From Chitinophagaceae bacterium (GTDB lineage: Bacteria > Bacteroidota > Bacteroidia > Chitinophagales > Chitinophagaceae), in NCBI GenBank assembly GCA_037190885.1, contig JBBCJQ010000006.1, positions 34,190-98,189 of the forward strand: 64,000 nucleotides of DNA, read 5' to 3'. The translations under genes were made by a program, and so were the position numbers. Shown piece after piece: positions 28,169 through 38,697 of this stretch; positions within the stretch are counted from its first letter, which is position 1; every line of letters starts with the position of its first letter. The notes below the pieces were generated by a model. That model did no database searches and was not told where the DNA came from. It saw only the letters and a list, made by a program, of their open reading frames with translations.

Positions 28169-30502
28169 ATGCACACCTGCTTTTTCCGTATAGCGTCCAT
28201 CGCGCTATTGCTTGTATGTTGTGGTGGGTTATACGCGCAGCAGGCTACTATATATGGTTATGTTTACGATGCCCGAAGCGGGGAAAGGCTGGCCGGTGCA
28301 TCGGTGTCAATTCCGGAACGATCTGCAGGTACTACAACAAATGCGTATGGATTTTACTCTATCAGCACAAATGAACAAGCCGATTCCGTAACTGTGCTGG
28401 TGACCTATATCGGTTATACCGCCGCCATCAGGAAGGTGGCTTTGCGTGCAAGCCAGGAAATTGTTTTTCGCCTGGAAGCAGGAACGGTTTTGGAGGAAGT
28501 GGTGGTATCTGCAAAAGCAGGTACCCGTATTCAACACAATACCCAGATGAGTACCATCGGGTTATCGCCGGCAACCATCAAGGCATTGCCTGCATTTTTG
28601 GGAGAAACGGATGTGCTGAAAGCGCTGCAGTTATTACCGGGCATACAGGCCGGCGCAGAAGGCAGCAGCGGACTGTATGTAAGGGGCGGTAGTCCTGATC
28701 AGAATCTTATTTTGCTGGATGGTGTACCGGTGTACAATGCTACTCACCTGTTTGGTTTCTTTAGTGTTTTCAATGCCGATGCGATCAACGGAGTGGATGT
28801 AATAAAAGGAGGTTTTCCGGCAAGGTATGGCGGCCGGTTGAGCAGTGTGATAGATATCAGGATGAAGGAGGGAAATAATCAGTCTTACCATGGTGAAGGC
28901 AGCATAGGGCTGATTGCCAGTAAGATTACCCTGGAAGGTCCGATCAAAAAAGAACAATCAAGCTTCATGGTCAGTGCCCGCAGAACCTATGCAGATATCT
29001 TTATGCGGCCGATCCTGCGAAGGCAATCGAACGGAGAATCTGACGCCGGGTACTATTTTTACGATCTGAATACGAAGCTTAATTTTAAGATGTCAAAAAA
29101 AGATCACCTGTACCTGAGCGGTTATTTTGGAAATGACCGGTTTTCGGCCCGGAATGATAATGTCTATACGACGGGGGAAGACAAAACAGAAACCGGCATC
29201 CAATGGGGGAACGCTACCGCGGTAGCCAGGTGGAACCACCGGTTCAGTAAAAAGCTGTTCAGCAACTTTACGGCGAATTTTACACAATACCGGTTCAGCC
29301 TTTTTAACAACGCCACCACCAAAACATATGATCCCCCGGAGGAGGAAAGATATAGTGAGAGGTATTTTTCCGGTATCAGGGACTGGTCTGTAAAAGCAGA
29401 CCTGGACTGGTTGCCGTCGCCTGCCCACTTCATAAAAATGGGTGTATCACATACCTGGCACCGTTATAGTCCCGGAGCGCTTCAGTCTACCTCGCTCAGC
29501 CTGCCCGTTAATTTTAGCAGGTCTGAAATAGATAACCGTGAGATGGATCTGTATATTGAAGACGATATAAAGATCAACCGGAATATAAAAAGCAACATAG
29601 GACTACATTACACCTTGTTCAGCGTTCCGGAGAGAAGCTTTTCCTCCCTGCAGCCGAGAGTATCTCTTTTGTACCTGCTCAATAACAATATGAGCCTGAA
29701 GGCGAGCTATGTGCAAATGAGCCAGTTCATTCACCTGCTTACCAATAGTACGGTCGGGTTGCCAACAGACCTTTGGTTACCTGCCACCGTTAAAGTGCCC
29801 CCGCAGAGAAGTACACAATATGCGTTGGGTTGGGCATACGATCTGAACCGGAAGTATGAATTCAGTGTGGAGGGGTATTACAAATCACTTCATAATGTGA
29901 TGGAATATGCGGAAGGTTCCGGGTTTTTATCCGGCATCAGTAACTGGGAAGACAGGATAGAGAGGGGCAGGGGCGTGTCTTATGGTGGTGAGTTTTTTAT
30001 ACAACGGAAAACAGGTAAAACCACCGGTATGGCAGGATATACGCTGAGCTGGACGAACCGGCAATTCGACAACCTTAACAATGGCAAATGGTTCCCGTTT
30101 AAGTATGACAGGAGACATGATTTTAAAATAGCGGTAGCCCATAACATAACGAAGAGGATACAGGTGAGCGGAGACTGGGTTTTTTCGAGTGGCGCAGCCA
30201 TCACCCTTCCGGAGAGTATTTACATGCTTGAGGGAAGGGAGATCATCCAGTACGGGGAACGTAACAGTTACCGGATGCCCGCTTATCACCGCATGGACCT
30301 CAGCGTGAAGTTTATGAAGCAGAAAAAAAAGTTTGAAAGGGCCTGGGTCATCAGCGTGTATAATGTTTATAACAGGCTGAATGCTTTTTACATCGATATG
30401 GATACGGAGTACAACCACACAACGGGATCGCAGAAAAATGTTTTAAAACAGGTAACACTTTTCCCCATTATCCCCAGTATAAGCTACCAATTCAAATTTT
30501 AA
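28169..30502 (+). CDS. TonB-dependent receptor (CarboxypepD_reg + plug + barrel)
   Basis: 777-aa ORF with signal peptide. IYGYVYDARSGERLAGASVSI, a plug (GETDVLKALQLLPGIQAGAEGSSGLYVRGGSPDQNLILLDGVPVYN), and a terminal YQFKF. Confidence 0.85.
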   Translation: MHTCFFRIASIALLLVCCGGLYAQQATIYGYVYDARSGERLAGASVSIPERSAGTTTNAYGFYSISTNEQADSVTVLVTYIGYTAAIRKVALRASQEIVFRLEAGTVLEEVVVSAKAGTRIQHNTQMSTIGLSPATIKALPAFLGETDVLKALQLLPGIQAGAEGSSGLYVRGGSPDQNLILLDGVPVYNATHLFGFFSVFNADAINGVDVIKGGFPARYGGRLSSVIDIRMKEGNNQSYHGEGSIGLIASKITLEGPIKKEQSSFMVSARRTYADIFMRPILRRQSNGESDAGYYFYDLNTKLNFKMSKKDHLYLSGYFGNDRFSARNDNVYTTGEDKTETGIQWGNATAVARWNHRFSKKLFSNFTANFTQYRFSLFNNATTKTYDPPEEERYSERYFSGIRDWSVKADLDWLPSPAHFIKMGVSHTWHRYSPGALQSTSLSLPVNFSRSEIDNREMDLYIEDDIKINRNIKSNIGLHYTLFSVPERSFSSLQPRVSLLYLLNNNMSLKASYVQMSQFIHLLTNSTVGLPTDLWLPATVKVPPQRSTQYALGWAYDLNRKYEFSVEGYYKSLHNVMEYAEGSGFLSGISNWEDRIERGRGVSYGGEFFIQRKTGKTTGMAGYTLSWTNRQFDNLNNGKWFPFKYDRRHDFKIAVAHNITKRIQVSGDWVFSSGAAITLPESIYMLEGREIIQYGERNSYRMPAYHRMDLSVKFMKQKKKFERAWVISVYNVYNRLNAFYIDMDTEYNHTTGSQKNVLKQVTLFPIIPSISYQFKF

Positions 30503-30506
30503 TACT

Positions 30507-31382
30507 ATGTACACCAGGTATCTCATATGTTGTTGGTTGGGTTGCTTCCTGGGCGGGTGTACCAGGGAGGTGGTGATTGATGTGAAAGAATCGCCTTCTA
30601 AAATAGTCGTTCAATCCGTTACGGCTGCCGGCGACCTGTTTGAAGTGTATGTAGGTAAATCTTACAGCATTTTTTCAGAGCGGACAAATGTGTGGAATGA
30701 TGCCGCGGAGAATGCCGTTGTTTCGGTTTATGAAAATGGGGTATTGGCGGAAGTGCTGCCCTTTTCGGAAAGCAGCAGAACATATAAAGCTGTGTATGCC
30801 CGGCCGGTTGCCGGTAATAGCTACCGGATAGAAGTGAGCCGGCCGGAGTATGCTACAGTTACGGCTACCAGCATTGTGCCCGAGATAGTGCCCATTGATT
30901 CATTGATAGTAGAAAATGAGATCCGGCAGTTGAACGGGCAATACCAGACTGGATTGAGGATTTCCTTTACAGATATAGAGGGTGATAATTACTACAGCAT
31001 CGTGCTTACGGACCCCGGTGGCTATAGCCCCTGTTTATATTGCAGGGATGCAGCTATTGAAAAGGTGAACGACCTGGATTTATTTGAGCTGGAGTTTTGT
31101 TATCGCCCGGGTGAGCTGTTGCTTAGCGATCAAAGTTTCCAAAACCGGGAGAAACAGGTGCAAACCTACGTGGATGAATACTACGTTACACCCAACCCGG
31201 ATCATGCAACCATAGCGCTGCAGCATATTACGCACGACTATTTCAGGTTCCTGGCAACCAAAAACCTGAACCGGATGACCAGTGGGAATCCCTTTGCCGA
31301 ACCGGCCAATGTTGTGAGTAATATCACCAACGGCTTCGGAATTTTCACGGTTTACAGCAGCAGCGTGAGGAATGTTGAATAA
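30507..31382 (+). CDS. DUF4249-family lipoprotein (usual partner of this TonB receptor type)
   Basis: 291-aa ORF with lipobox LGGCTRE. It starts 4 nt after the receptor gene. The C-terminal NITNGFGIFTVYSS motif is characteristic of DUF4249 as I recall it. Confidence 0.65.
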   Translation: MYTRYLICCWLGCFLGGCTREVVIDVKESPSKIVVQSVTAAGDLFEVYVGKSYSIFSERTNVWNDAAENAVVSVYENGVLAEVLPFSESSRTYKAVYARPVAGNSYRIEVSRPEYATVTATSIVPEIVPIDSLIVENEIRQLNGQYQTGLRISFTDIEGDNYYSIVLTDPGGYSPCLYCRDAAIEKVNDLDLFELEFCYRPGELLLSDQSFQNREKQVQTYVDEYYVTPNPDHATIALQHITHDYFRFLATKNLNRMTSGNPFAEPANVVSNITNGFGIFTVYSSSVRNVE

Positions 31383-31626
31383 CCGGCTTATTTATCTTCA
31401 CCCATTACACCGGTTATGCAGCCATTCATGGTTTCACAGGCCGTTTTTTCTATATTCAGGAATACTGCCGGCCGATACCTTTATTTGCATAACTAAAAAA
31501 TAGTATCAGATATTGGAATGAAAATAACAGGTACGGAAAAAATAGGGCAGTAAATTTGGTGCCGGGGTTATATTATTTTACCGGTTTGTTTACCCCCAAA
31601 CTGATCCACGGCTTTTTTCAACAAAT

Positions 31627-33135
31627 ATGTTTAGACTCTTACAAGCAAATACGCCCGCGGGACTGGAATTTTTAGACTGGCTGGTGATACTGATATACGG
31701 AATCGGAATGTTGTGGATTGGCTGGTACTATTCCAAACGAAATAAAACGAAGGAAGACTATTTACTGGGGGGACGAAAAATGAACCCGGCAGCAGTAGGG
31801 ATATCCCTGTTTGCCACACTGCTGAGCACCCTGAGCTATCTTACGTATCCCGGCGAAATGATCCTGAACGGCCCCATGATATTTGCCGGCATCCTCTCTT
31901 TTCCGCTGGTATATTGGATAGTGGGCTGGTGGCTGATCCCCCGGATCATGAAAACAGGGGTCACGAGCGCTTATGAGATACTCGAACAGCGCCTGGGACT
32001 GAGCGTGAGAATGCTGGCTACCGTCATGTTTTTGTTGCTTCGTTTGCTGTGGATGGCCACCATTATTTATGTGACGGTAGATGTAGCCTTGTTTTCCGTA
32101 GTAAAATTTGACAAATCCTGGGTGCCTGTGATCGGTATCCTGCTCACGGTCATTACCATTGTGTACACATCTATGGGAGGAATGAAAGCCGTGGTCATTA
32201 CAGATGTGGTGCAGTCTGCTATTTTCATGGGCGGTGCATTATTGAGTGTGATCATCGTCTGCTACCAGCTGCATTCGTTCAGCGCTATTTTTCCCGCTTC
32301 GTGGCCGGAGCATTGGGGGGAGATCAGGCTGGGGTTCGATCCGCAACAAAGAACTACCCTGGGTAATGCCATGCTGGTGCTGCTGGTATGGTATGTATGC
32401 ACCAATGGTTCGGACCAGATGGCGGTGCAGCGCTACTTGTCTACTTCCGATATCAAAACAGCCCGTAAGTCTTTCCGGATATCTTTATACTCTAACGTCA
32501 TAGCCTACCTGATACTGGCGTTGGTAGGACTGTCAATGCTGGCATATTTTACAAGCAACAATCACCTGCTGATGGAAGGAAGATCTTTGAATGAGCAGGC
32601 TGACACTTTGTTCCCGAGGTTTATCCTGATCGGCCTGCCGGCGGGCTTATCCGGCCTGGTAATAGCAGGATTGCTGGCAGCCGCCATGTCCAGCATGTCA
32701 TCGGGGCTGAACAGCGTGTCTTCCGTCATTTCAGAAGACTTTATCAAAAGGTTCAGGAAGAACAAGTCAGGTGATTTTGATTCATTAAAGCAGATCAAAC
32801 GGCTGTCCTATATCACCGGCGCCGCCGTGATGGTATTAAGCTTACTGGTGGGGCAGGTGCCGGGTAATCTGCTGGATATTATCATGAAGGTGGTCAATCT
32901 TTTTGTAGCGCCGCTCTTTGTATTGTTTTTTATGGCATTATTTATACCTTTTGCTACCAACAGGGGAACCTTCTGGGGAGGTGTCCTGTCGGTGGCCGTG
33001 GCGATTGCGGTCGCATTCTGGGGCGTATTTGGCATCACCGTGCTGTGGATCATGCCTGCCTCGCTGGTGGTAGGGATCGTGAGCGCTGTAATACTGAGTT
33101 ATATTGACACAAGATGGTTTAAAAAGAATACCTAA
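31627..33135 (+). CDS. Sodium:solute symporter (SSS) family transporter
   Basis: 502-aa polytopic ORF. SSS-like motifs: YLLGGRKMN, TSMGGMKAVVITDVVQ. Confidence 0.85.
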   Translation: MFRLLQANTPAGLEFLDWLVILIYGIGMLWIGWYYSKRNKTKEDYLLGGRKMNPAAVGISLFATLLSTLSYLTYPGEMILNGPMIFAGILSFPLVYWIVGWWLIPRIMKTGVTSAYEILEQRLGLSVRMLATVMFLLLRLLWMATIIYVTVDVALFSVVKFDKSWVPVIGILLTVITIVYTSMGGMKAVVITDVVQSAIFMGGALLSVIIVCYQLHSFSAIFPASWPEHWGEIRLGFDPQQRTTLGNAMLVLLVWYVCTNGSDQMAVQRYLSTSDIKTARKSFRISLYSNVIAYLILALVGLSMLAYFTSNNHLLMEGRSLNEQADTLFPRFILIGLPAGLSGLVIAGLLAAAMSSMSSGLNSVSSVISEDFIKRFRKNKSGDFDSLKQIKRLSYITGAAVMVLSLLVGQVPGNLLDIIMKVVNLFVAPLFVLFFMALFIPFATNRGTFWGGVLSVAVAIAVAFWGVFGITVLWIMPASLVVGIVSAVILSYIDTRWFKKNT

Positions 33136-33147
33136 ACAGAGATATAT

Positions 33148-33954
33148 ATGCAAATGCGCAAAAGCAGGGTGCTGCAAAAACTTCGTTCAGGCGAAAACGT
33201 GAGTTGTATAAAGATCAACCTTACAGATCCCAAAGTGTGTGAAATGGCTGCCCTGGCAGGTTTTGACTGCGTATGGGTAGACCAGGAGCATATCGGACAG
33301 AACTGGTCTGCGCTGGAAGCTTCCGTTTGGGCAGCCAGGTCGCACAATACGGACATCCTGGTCCGGACACCCAGGGGCGCTTATAATAATTATATTAAAC
33401 CGCTGGAGCTGGATGCCACCGGCATTATGGTGCCGCATATCATGAACCTGGCGGATGCGAAAGAGATCGTGCACCATACCCGCTTTCACCCCGTGGGCAG
33501 AAGGGCCATCGACGGCGGAAATGCCGACGGCGGCTATACCGGTATAGACTTCAATGAATACCTGAAGCAGGCTAATGAACAACGTTTCGTGATACTGCAG
33601 ATCGAAGACCCTGAACCGCTGGATGAACTGGAAGACATTGCGGCGTTGCCGGGCTATGATATGCTGTTCTTTGGTCCGGGTGATTTCAGCCAGGGAATAG
33701 GGGCGCCCGGTGTATGGGACCACCCTAAGCTGATAGAAACAAGAGCCAGGGTATCTGCTCTGGCTACAAAGCACGGCAAGTTTGCCGGCACCGTGGGAAG
33801 TCCGGCCAACCTGAAAGAGCTGAATGAAATGGGATACCGGTTTGTAAGTGTTGGGGCGGATGTGGTAGGACTGAAGAATTATTATGCGGATCTGCTGAAA
33901 GCGGTGGGTGCTGCTACGGGAACATCAGGCAGTTCTTATCTTGAAAAGCAATAG
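33148..33954 (+). CDS. HpcH/HpaI-family 2-keto-3-deoxy-acid aldolase
   Basis: 268-aa ORF. Collinear with the HpcH/YfaU class II aldolase pattern (FDCVWVDQEH, LVRTP, GIMVPHI, ILQIEDPE, MLFFGPGDFS). Confidence 0.85.
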   Translation: MQMRKSRVLQKLRSGENVSCIKINLTDPKVCEMAALAGFDCVWVDQEHIGQNWSALEASVWAARSHNTDILVRTPRGAYNNYIKPLELDATGIMVPHIMNLADAKEIVHHTRFHPVGRRAIDGGNADGGYTGIDFNEYLKQANEQRFVILQIEDPEPLDELEDIAALPGYDMLFFGPGDFSQGIGAPGVWDHPKLIETRARVSALATKHGKFAGTVGSPANLKELNEMGYRFVSVGADVVGLKNYYADLLKAVGAATGTSGSSYLEKQ

Positions 33955-33956
33955 AT

Positions 33957-34910
33957 ATGCAGAAGCGGTTTTTAGGAAATACAGGATTGCAGGTATCGGA
34001 GATCGCTTTTGGCGGCGTGGAGATCGGGTTGCCTTATGGTATGGGTGTAAAGGGTGCGGAGGATATGATATCCGAGAAGGATGCGGTAAGGCTGCTGCAT
34101 ATTGCCGTGGAAAAGGGATTCAATTTTTTTGATACGGCCAGGATGTATGGTGTCAGTGAGCAGATCATGGGAAAAGCTTTTAAGCATTACCGTCAGGATA
34201 TCGTGCTGGCTACCAAATGCCGGCATTTCCGTGATGCGGAAGGAGGCTTGCCGGACGATCATGATATCCGAAAGATGATACACCGGTCGGTACGGGAAAG
34301 CCTGGCGGCATTGCAAACAGATTATATTGATGTATATATGCTGCACCAGGCAGATGCAGAAATACTCGGGCGGGAAGTGATCCGTGATGAAATGGTGAAG
34401 CTCAAAGAAGCCGGTGTGGTGAAGGCTATCGGTGTGTCTACCTATAGCGTGGAGGAAACCCGCAAAGCCATTGAGTCGGAAGTGTGGAACGTGGTGCAGA
34501 TGCCTTTTAACCTGATGGACCAGCGCCAGGCAACGCTTTTTGAGCTTGCTGCCGCCTGGGGTACCGGCATTGTGGTCCGTTCGGTGTTGCTGAAAGGATT
34601 ACTGAGCACCCGGGGAACCGGTTTGCATGAAGCGCTGCAGCCTGTGGAGCAACATATCAGGCAATACAAACAATTGCTGAAGCCGGATGAATCCTTGCCG
34701 GAAGCAGCGATAAAATTCGCCCTGTCGTTTCCACAGGTATCTTCTGTGCTGGTGGGAATTGATAAGCCGGAATACCTGCAGGAATCCCTGGAGGCAGCAG
34801 ACGGGCATTATTTTGATGATGCCAGGCTGCAGGCAGCGCGGAAACTGGCATATCCGGATCCTGCATTTCTCGATCTTCCCTACTGGGATAAAATGGGATG
34901 GTTGAGTTAG
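33957..34910 (+). CDS. Aldo/keto reductase
   Basis: 317-aa ORF. AKR signatures: GNTGLQVSEIAFGG, FFDTARMYG, LATK, YIDVYMLH. Confidence 0.85.
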   Translation: MQKRFLGNTGLQVSEIAFGGVEIGLPYGMGVKGAEDMISEKDAVRLLHIAVEKGFNFFDTARMYGVSEQIMGKAFKHYRQDIVLATKCRHFRDAEGGLPDDHDIRKMIHRSVRESLAALQTDYIDVYMLHQADAEILGREVIRDEMVKLKEAGVVKAIGVSTYSVEETRKAIESEVWNVVQMPFNLMDQRQATLFELAAAWGTGIVVRSVLLKGLLSTRGTGLHEALQPVEQHIRQYKQLLKPDESLPEAAIKFALSFPQVSSVLVGIDKPEYLQESLEAADGHYFDDARLQAARKLAYPDPAFLDLPYWDKMGWLS

Positions 34911-34987
34911 TGGTAAGTAGTTAGTCTCAAGTTGCAGGACACAAGTTGGTAGAGTACCGGAACGAAAGGAGCAATAAAACAGCGATC

Positions 34988-35908
34988 ATGATCAAAATAG
35001 GTATAACGGGAATGAGTGCGGGGAATGCGCATCCGTATTCCTGGTCGTCCATTATCAACGGAAAATATGCTGGTGCGGAAATATCCCGCCTGGGCTACCC
35101 GGGGGTGACCGCATATCTTGATGCCAACCGGGATACGCTGGGCCTGCCGGATGTGAGGGTAACCCATGTATGGACGCAGGAAGAAGCTATCTCGAAAAGC
35201 ATCGCTGCTTCTTCCGGCATTGAACATGTGGTAACGAATGCTGCGGATATGATCGGGCAGGTAGATGCGGTGATACTGGCCCGTGATGATGCTGAATTTC
35301 ACGTGGAAATGGCAAAACCCTTTATAGCGGCCGGCGTGCCGATATTTATTGATAAGCCGCTGGCAGTAACACAGGCCGACCTGGACTGGTTTGAAGAGCA
35401 GCACGCGGCGGGAAAATTTATCATGTCCTGTTCATCCATGCGTTACGCTAATGAATGCCGGATAGTGAAACAGGAGTTGCCGTCACTGGGTAATCTGGAG
35501 CTGGTAACCGCGGTGGGTAAAAAGGACTGGTTGAAATACGGTGTGCATATGGTAGAAGCGATGTTTGCAACACTGGATGATCCGGAGGTTGCCAGCGTGC
35601 AGCATACAGGTGAAAAAGGAAAGGACGTGGTGCATATTGTTTTCAGGAACGGGTTGCCGGCTACCATTCATTTGTTTATGGATATTACCGGTACTTTCCA
35701 GTTGAGCTTTTTTGGCCGGCAGGCCTGGCGGCTGGCGGATATCCGGAATTCTTATTCCATGTTCAGGGATAATATCATAGAATTTACCAGGAGTGTGCAG
35801 GAAGGACAACCCCGGCTGTCGTTTTCCAAAACGAGGAATATTATCAATACGATCGTAGCTGCAGAAAACAGCCGGATGCAGGGTGGTAAAATTGTTTATC
35901 TAAAATAG
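34988..35908 (+). CDS. Gfo/Idh/MocA-like oxidoreductase (atypical N-terminal dinucleotide motif)
   Basis: Begins MIKIGITGMSAGNAHPYSW. The IFIDKPLA motif is typical of the family. Start taken at the ATG 34988; the track uses TTG 34946. Confidence 0.6.
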   Translation: MIKIGITGMSAGNAHPYSWSSIINGKYAGAEISRLGYPGVTAYLDANRDTLGLPDVRVTHVWTQEEAISKSIAASSGIEHVVTNAADMIGQVDAVILARDDAEFHVEMAKPFIAAGVPIFIDKPLAVTQADLDWFEEQHAAGKFIMSCSSMRYANECRIVKQELPSLGNLELVTAVGKKDWLKYGVHMVEAMFATLDDPEVASVQHTGEKGKDVVHIVFRNGLPATIHLFMDITGTFQLSFFGRQAWRLADIRNSYSMFRDNIIEFTRSVQEGQPRLSFSKTRNIINTIVAAENSRMQGGKIVYLK

Positions 35909-35913
35909 CAGAC

Positions 35914-36693
35914 ATGCATGTAATGGATCTATTCAGCCTGAAGAGTAAGGTGGCGTTGGTAACCGGCGGTGCAGGTAATTATGGCCGCCCGATAACGGAA
36001 GGACTGGCAGAGGCCGGCGCCACAGTGATCATAGCGTCCCGTAACCCGGATTCTATTGAAAAGGCCGCCGGCGATTTCAGATCTAAGGGCTTTGACGTAC
36101 ACGGAATGCAGGTAGACCAGGCCGATGCCGGCTCCGTACAGGCATTGAAAAAAGCTATCGGGGACAGGTTCGGGAAACTGGATGTGTTCATCAATAATGC
36201 GGTGGCGCGGCCGATGAAGGGATACAACGCACCCATTGAACAGTTTGATGAGTCGATGCGGGTGAACGCAACCGGTATGATGGATATACTCAGGGAGATG
36301 ACGGACCTGATCATCCGGTCGGGTGGCGGCAGCGTGGTCAATATCAGCTCCATGATGGGAATGTACGCCCCCATGTATTCCAATTATGACGGCGTGCCGG
36401 GCATGGGCGATATTGCACCGGATTATTGTTTCCACAACGCAGGACTGATCATGCTGACCCGGTTCATGACGAAAGCACATGCAGGTAAAAATATCCGTTT
36501 CAATTCCATCAGCCCGGGAGGGTTGTTCAATAACCAACCGGGGAAATTCGTGGAGAATTACTGTAAAAAAGTACCCCTGGGCAGAATGGCCAACAATGAT
36601 GATATCAAAGGATTGATCGTTTTGTTGTCTTCAGACGCCGGCGCGTATATCAATGGAGAGAATATTTTGATAGACGGCGGCCTGTATGCATAG
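35914..36693 (+). CDS. SDR-family oxidoreductase
   Basis: VALVTGGAGNYG cofactor motif, NNAV, and a glycine-rich C-terminus INGENILIDGG. Confidence 0.85.
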   Translation: MHVMDLFSLKSKVALVTGGAGNYGRPITEGLAEAGATVIIASRNPDSIEKAAGDFRSKGFDVHGMQVDQADAGSVQALKKAIGDRFGKLDVFINNAVARPMKGYNAPIEQFDESMRVNATGMMDILREMTDLIIRSGGGSVVNISSMMGMYAPMYSNYDGVPGMGDIAPDYCFHNAGLIMLTRFMTKAHAGKNIRFNSISPGGLFNNQPGKFVENYCKKVPLGRMANNDDIKGLIVLLSSDAGAYINGENILIDGGLYA

Positions 36694-36769
36694 CATGTAT
36701 TGTGAAACGAATGAACAAATCCTTGGCAACATTACTTAATGGCATACTTTTCCCAAAGCAGGAGCAGCA

Positions 36770-37900
36770 ATGAAAATAAAAGCAGCCATATTATACGAAA
36801 GCGGAAAGCCGCGACCATATGATGTATCGGCTCCGCTGCAGGTAGAGGAAGTGTACCTGAGCAGTCCCGGTCCGGGGGAAGTATTGGTGAAGATCAGGGC
36901 GGCAGGACTCTGTCATTCTGACCTGTCTGTAATAGACGGGAACCGCCCGCGGCCATTACCTATGGTGATAGGGCATGAGGCATCCGGTGAAGTTGTGGAA
37001 TGTGGGGCAGGCGTCAATGACCTGCGGCCCGGGGATCATGTGGTATTTTCATTTGTACCGATGTGCGGACATTGTTTGCCCTGTGCAACCGGCCGACCGG
37101 CCCTGTGCGAGCCCGGGGCAGCAGCCAATACTCATGGCGCCTTGCTGGGAGGCGGCCGGCATCTGAAAAACCTGCAGTTGAAAGACCTTTATCATCACCT
37201 GGGTGTATCGGCGTTTGCAGAGTATGCGGTCGTATCCAGGCAGTCCATAGTAAAAATAGAAGAAAACATTCCATATGAGGTGTCCGCCCTGTTTGGTTGT
37301 GCGGTGTTAACCGGCATGGGGGCGGTGGTGCATACGGCAGGATTATCGGCAGGACAAACCATACTGGTAGTAGGGTTGGGAGGTGTGGGACTGGCCGCTG
37401 TGCTGGCAGCGTTATCTGCCGGGGCCGGCAGGGTGATTGCAGCGGATACAAATGCGCAAAAAAGGAAAACAGCATTGGAGTGGGGTGCTCATTATGTGAT
37501 AGACCCCAATGAAGAAAAAGCGGTGGAAAAGCTGAAAGACCTGACCGGCGGCGGTGTGGATATAGCCGTTGAATTTGCGGGTGTGGTGCCGGCGCTGGAG
37601 TTTGCCTGGGCTTGTACCAAACGGGGAGGGATAACCGTTACTGCCGGACTACCGCACCCCGGCGTCAGTTTCTCCTTGTCGCCAACGCTGCTGGTGGGAG
37701 AGGAACGGACATTGAAGGGATCCTACCTGGGCAGTTGTATCCCGGGCAGGGATATCCCTGCTTTTATCAGGTTGTATATGAACGGGCAGCTTCCGGTAGA
37801 CAAACTATTGACGCATTCAGTTCAACCGGAGGAAATCAATACGGCGCTGGAGCGGCTGGCTGCAGGTAATGCGTTGCGGCAGGTGATCACATTTTTGTAA
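36770..37900 (+). CDS. Zinc-binding medium-chain alcohol dehydrogenase (MDR family)
   Basis: GLCHSDL, GHEASGEVVECG, structural-zinc cysteines CGHCLPCATGRPALC, Rossmann VVGLGGVGL. Confidence 0.85.
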   Translation: MKIKAAILYESGKPRPYDVSAPLQVEEVYLSSPGPGEVLVKIRAAGLCHSDLSVIDGNRPRPLPMVIGHEASGEVVECGAGVNDLRPGDHVVFSFVPMCGHCLPCATGRPALCEPGAAANTHGALLGGGRHLKNLQLKDLYHHLGVSAFAEYAVVSRQSIVKIEENIPYEVSALFGCAVLTGMGAVVHTAGLSAGQTILVVGLGGVGLAAVLAALSAGAGRVIAADTNAQKRKTALEWGAHYVIDPNEEKAVEKLKDLTGGGVDIAVEFAGVVPALEFAWACTKRGGITVTAGLPHPGVSFSLSPTLLVGEERTLKGSYLGSCIPGRDIPAFIRLYMNGQLPVDKLLTHSVQPEEINTALERLAAGNALRQVITFL

Positions 37901-37911
37901 ATGAAGAGGGA

Positions 37912-38697
37912 ATGAAAGAAGATACATCATTTTACAGCCTGGAAGGCAAACGGGTGTGGGTCATCGGCGGGGCAGGATACCTGGGACAGGCAACAGTTCG
38001 ATTGCTGGGGAAAGCCGGTGCTCAGGTAGTTTGTGTAGACGTCCACGACCGGGCGCAGCAATTTGTGTCCGGCGAAAAACTGACCAACACAACAGCCGCA
38101 ACCTTTGATATCAACGATACGGAACAGGTGCCTGCTTTTGTACAGGCACTTATAGCAGAGCACGGTACCCCGGATGGACTGGTGAACCTGGCGTTTGGTT
38201 CTACCGCTAAAAAGCTGGAGGACCTGACCGCCGATGATTTTGACCGGGTAAACCACGCGGGGCTGACGGCTACGTTTATATTTGCCCGTGAGACAGCCGG
38301 TCATATGATAGCCAAAGGTGGCGGCAGCATCGTATTGTTTTCCAGCATGTATGGTATGGTGTCGCCCCATCCGGATGTGTATGCCGCCCCGATGAACAAA
38401 AATCCGGTTGAATACGGAACAGGTAAGGCCGGGGTAATACAGATGACAAAATATTTGTCTGTACACTGGGCAAAGCAGGGTGTAAGGGTGAACTGCATTT
38501 CCCCGGGTCCATTTCCAAATCCCGGTGTACAACAGCAGTACCCGGATTTTATTGAACGGCTGGCTATGCAGTCACCGATGGGCAGGGTAGGGTCGGCTAA
38601 AGAAATTGCCGGCCCGGTTGCTTTCCTGCTGTCCGATGCTGCCGGTTATATTACCGGGCACAACCTGGTGGTGGACGGGGGATGGACAAGCTGGTAA
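37912..38697 (+). CDS. SDR-family oxidoreductase
   Basis: VWVIGGAGYLGQA, a YGTGKAG catalytic Y-x3-K region, VRVNCISPGPF, ITGHNLVVDGG. Confidence 0.85.
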   Translation: MKEDTSFYSLEGKRVWVIGGAGYLGQATVRLLGKAGAQVVCVDVHDRAQQFVSGEKLTNTTAATFDINDTEQVPAFVQALIAEHGTPDGLVNLAFGSTAKKLEDLTADDFDRVNHAGLTATFIFARETAGHMIAKGGGSIVLFSSMYGMVSPHPDVYAAPMNKNPVEYGTGKAGVIQMTKYLSVHWAKQGVRVNCISPGPFPNPGVQQQYPDFIERLAMQSPMGRVGSAKEIAGPVAFLLSDAAGYITGHNLVVDGGWTSW

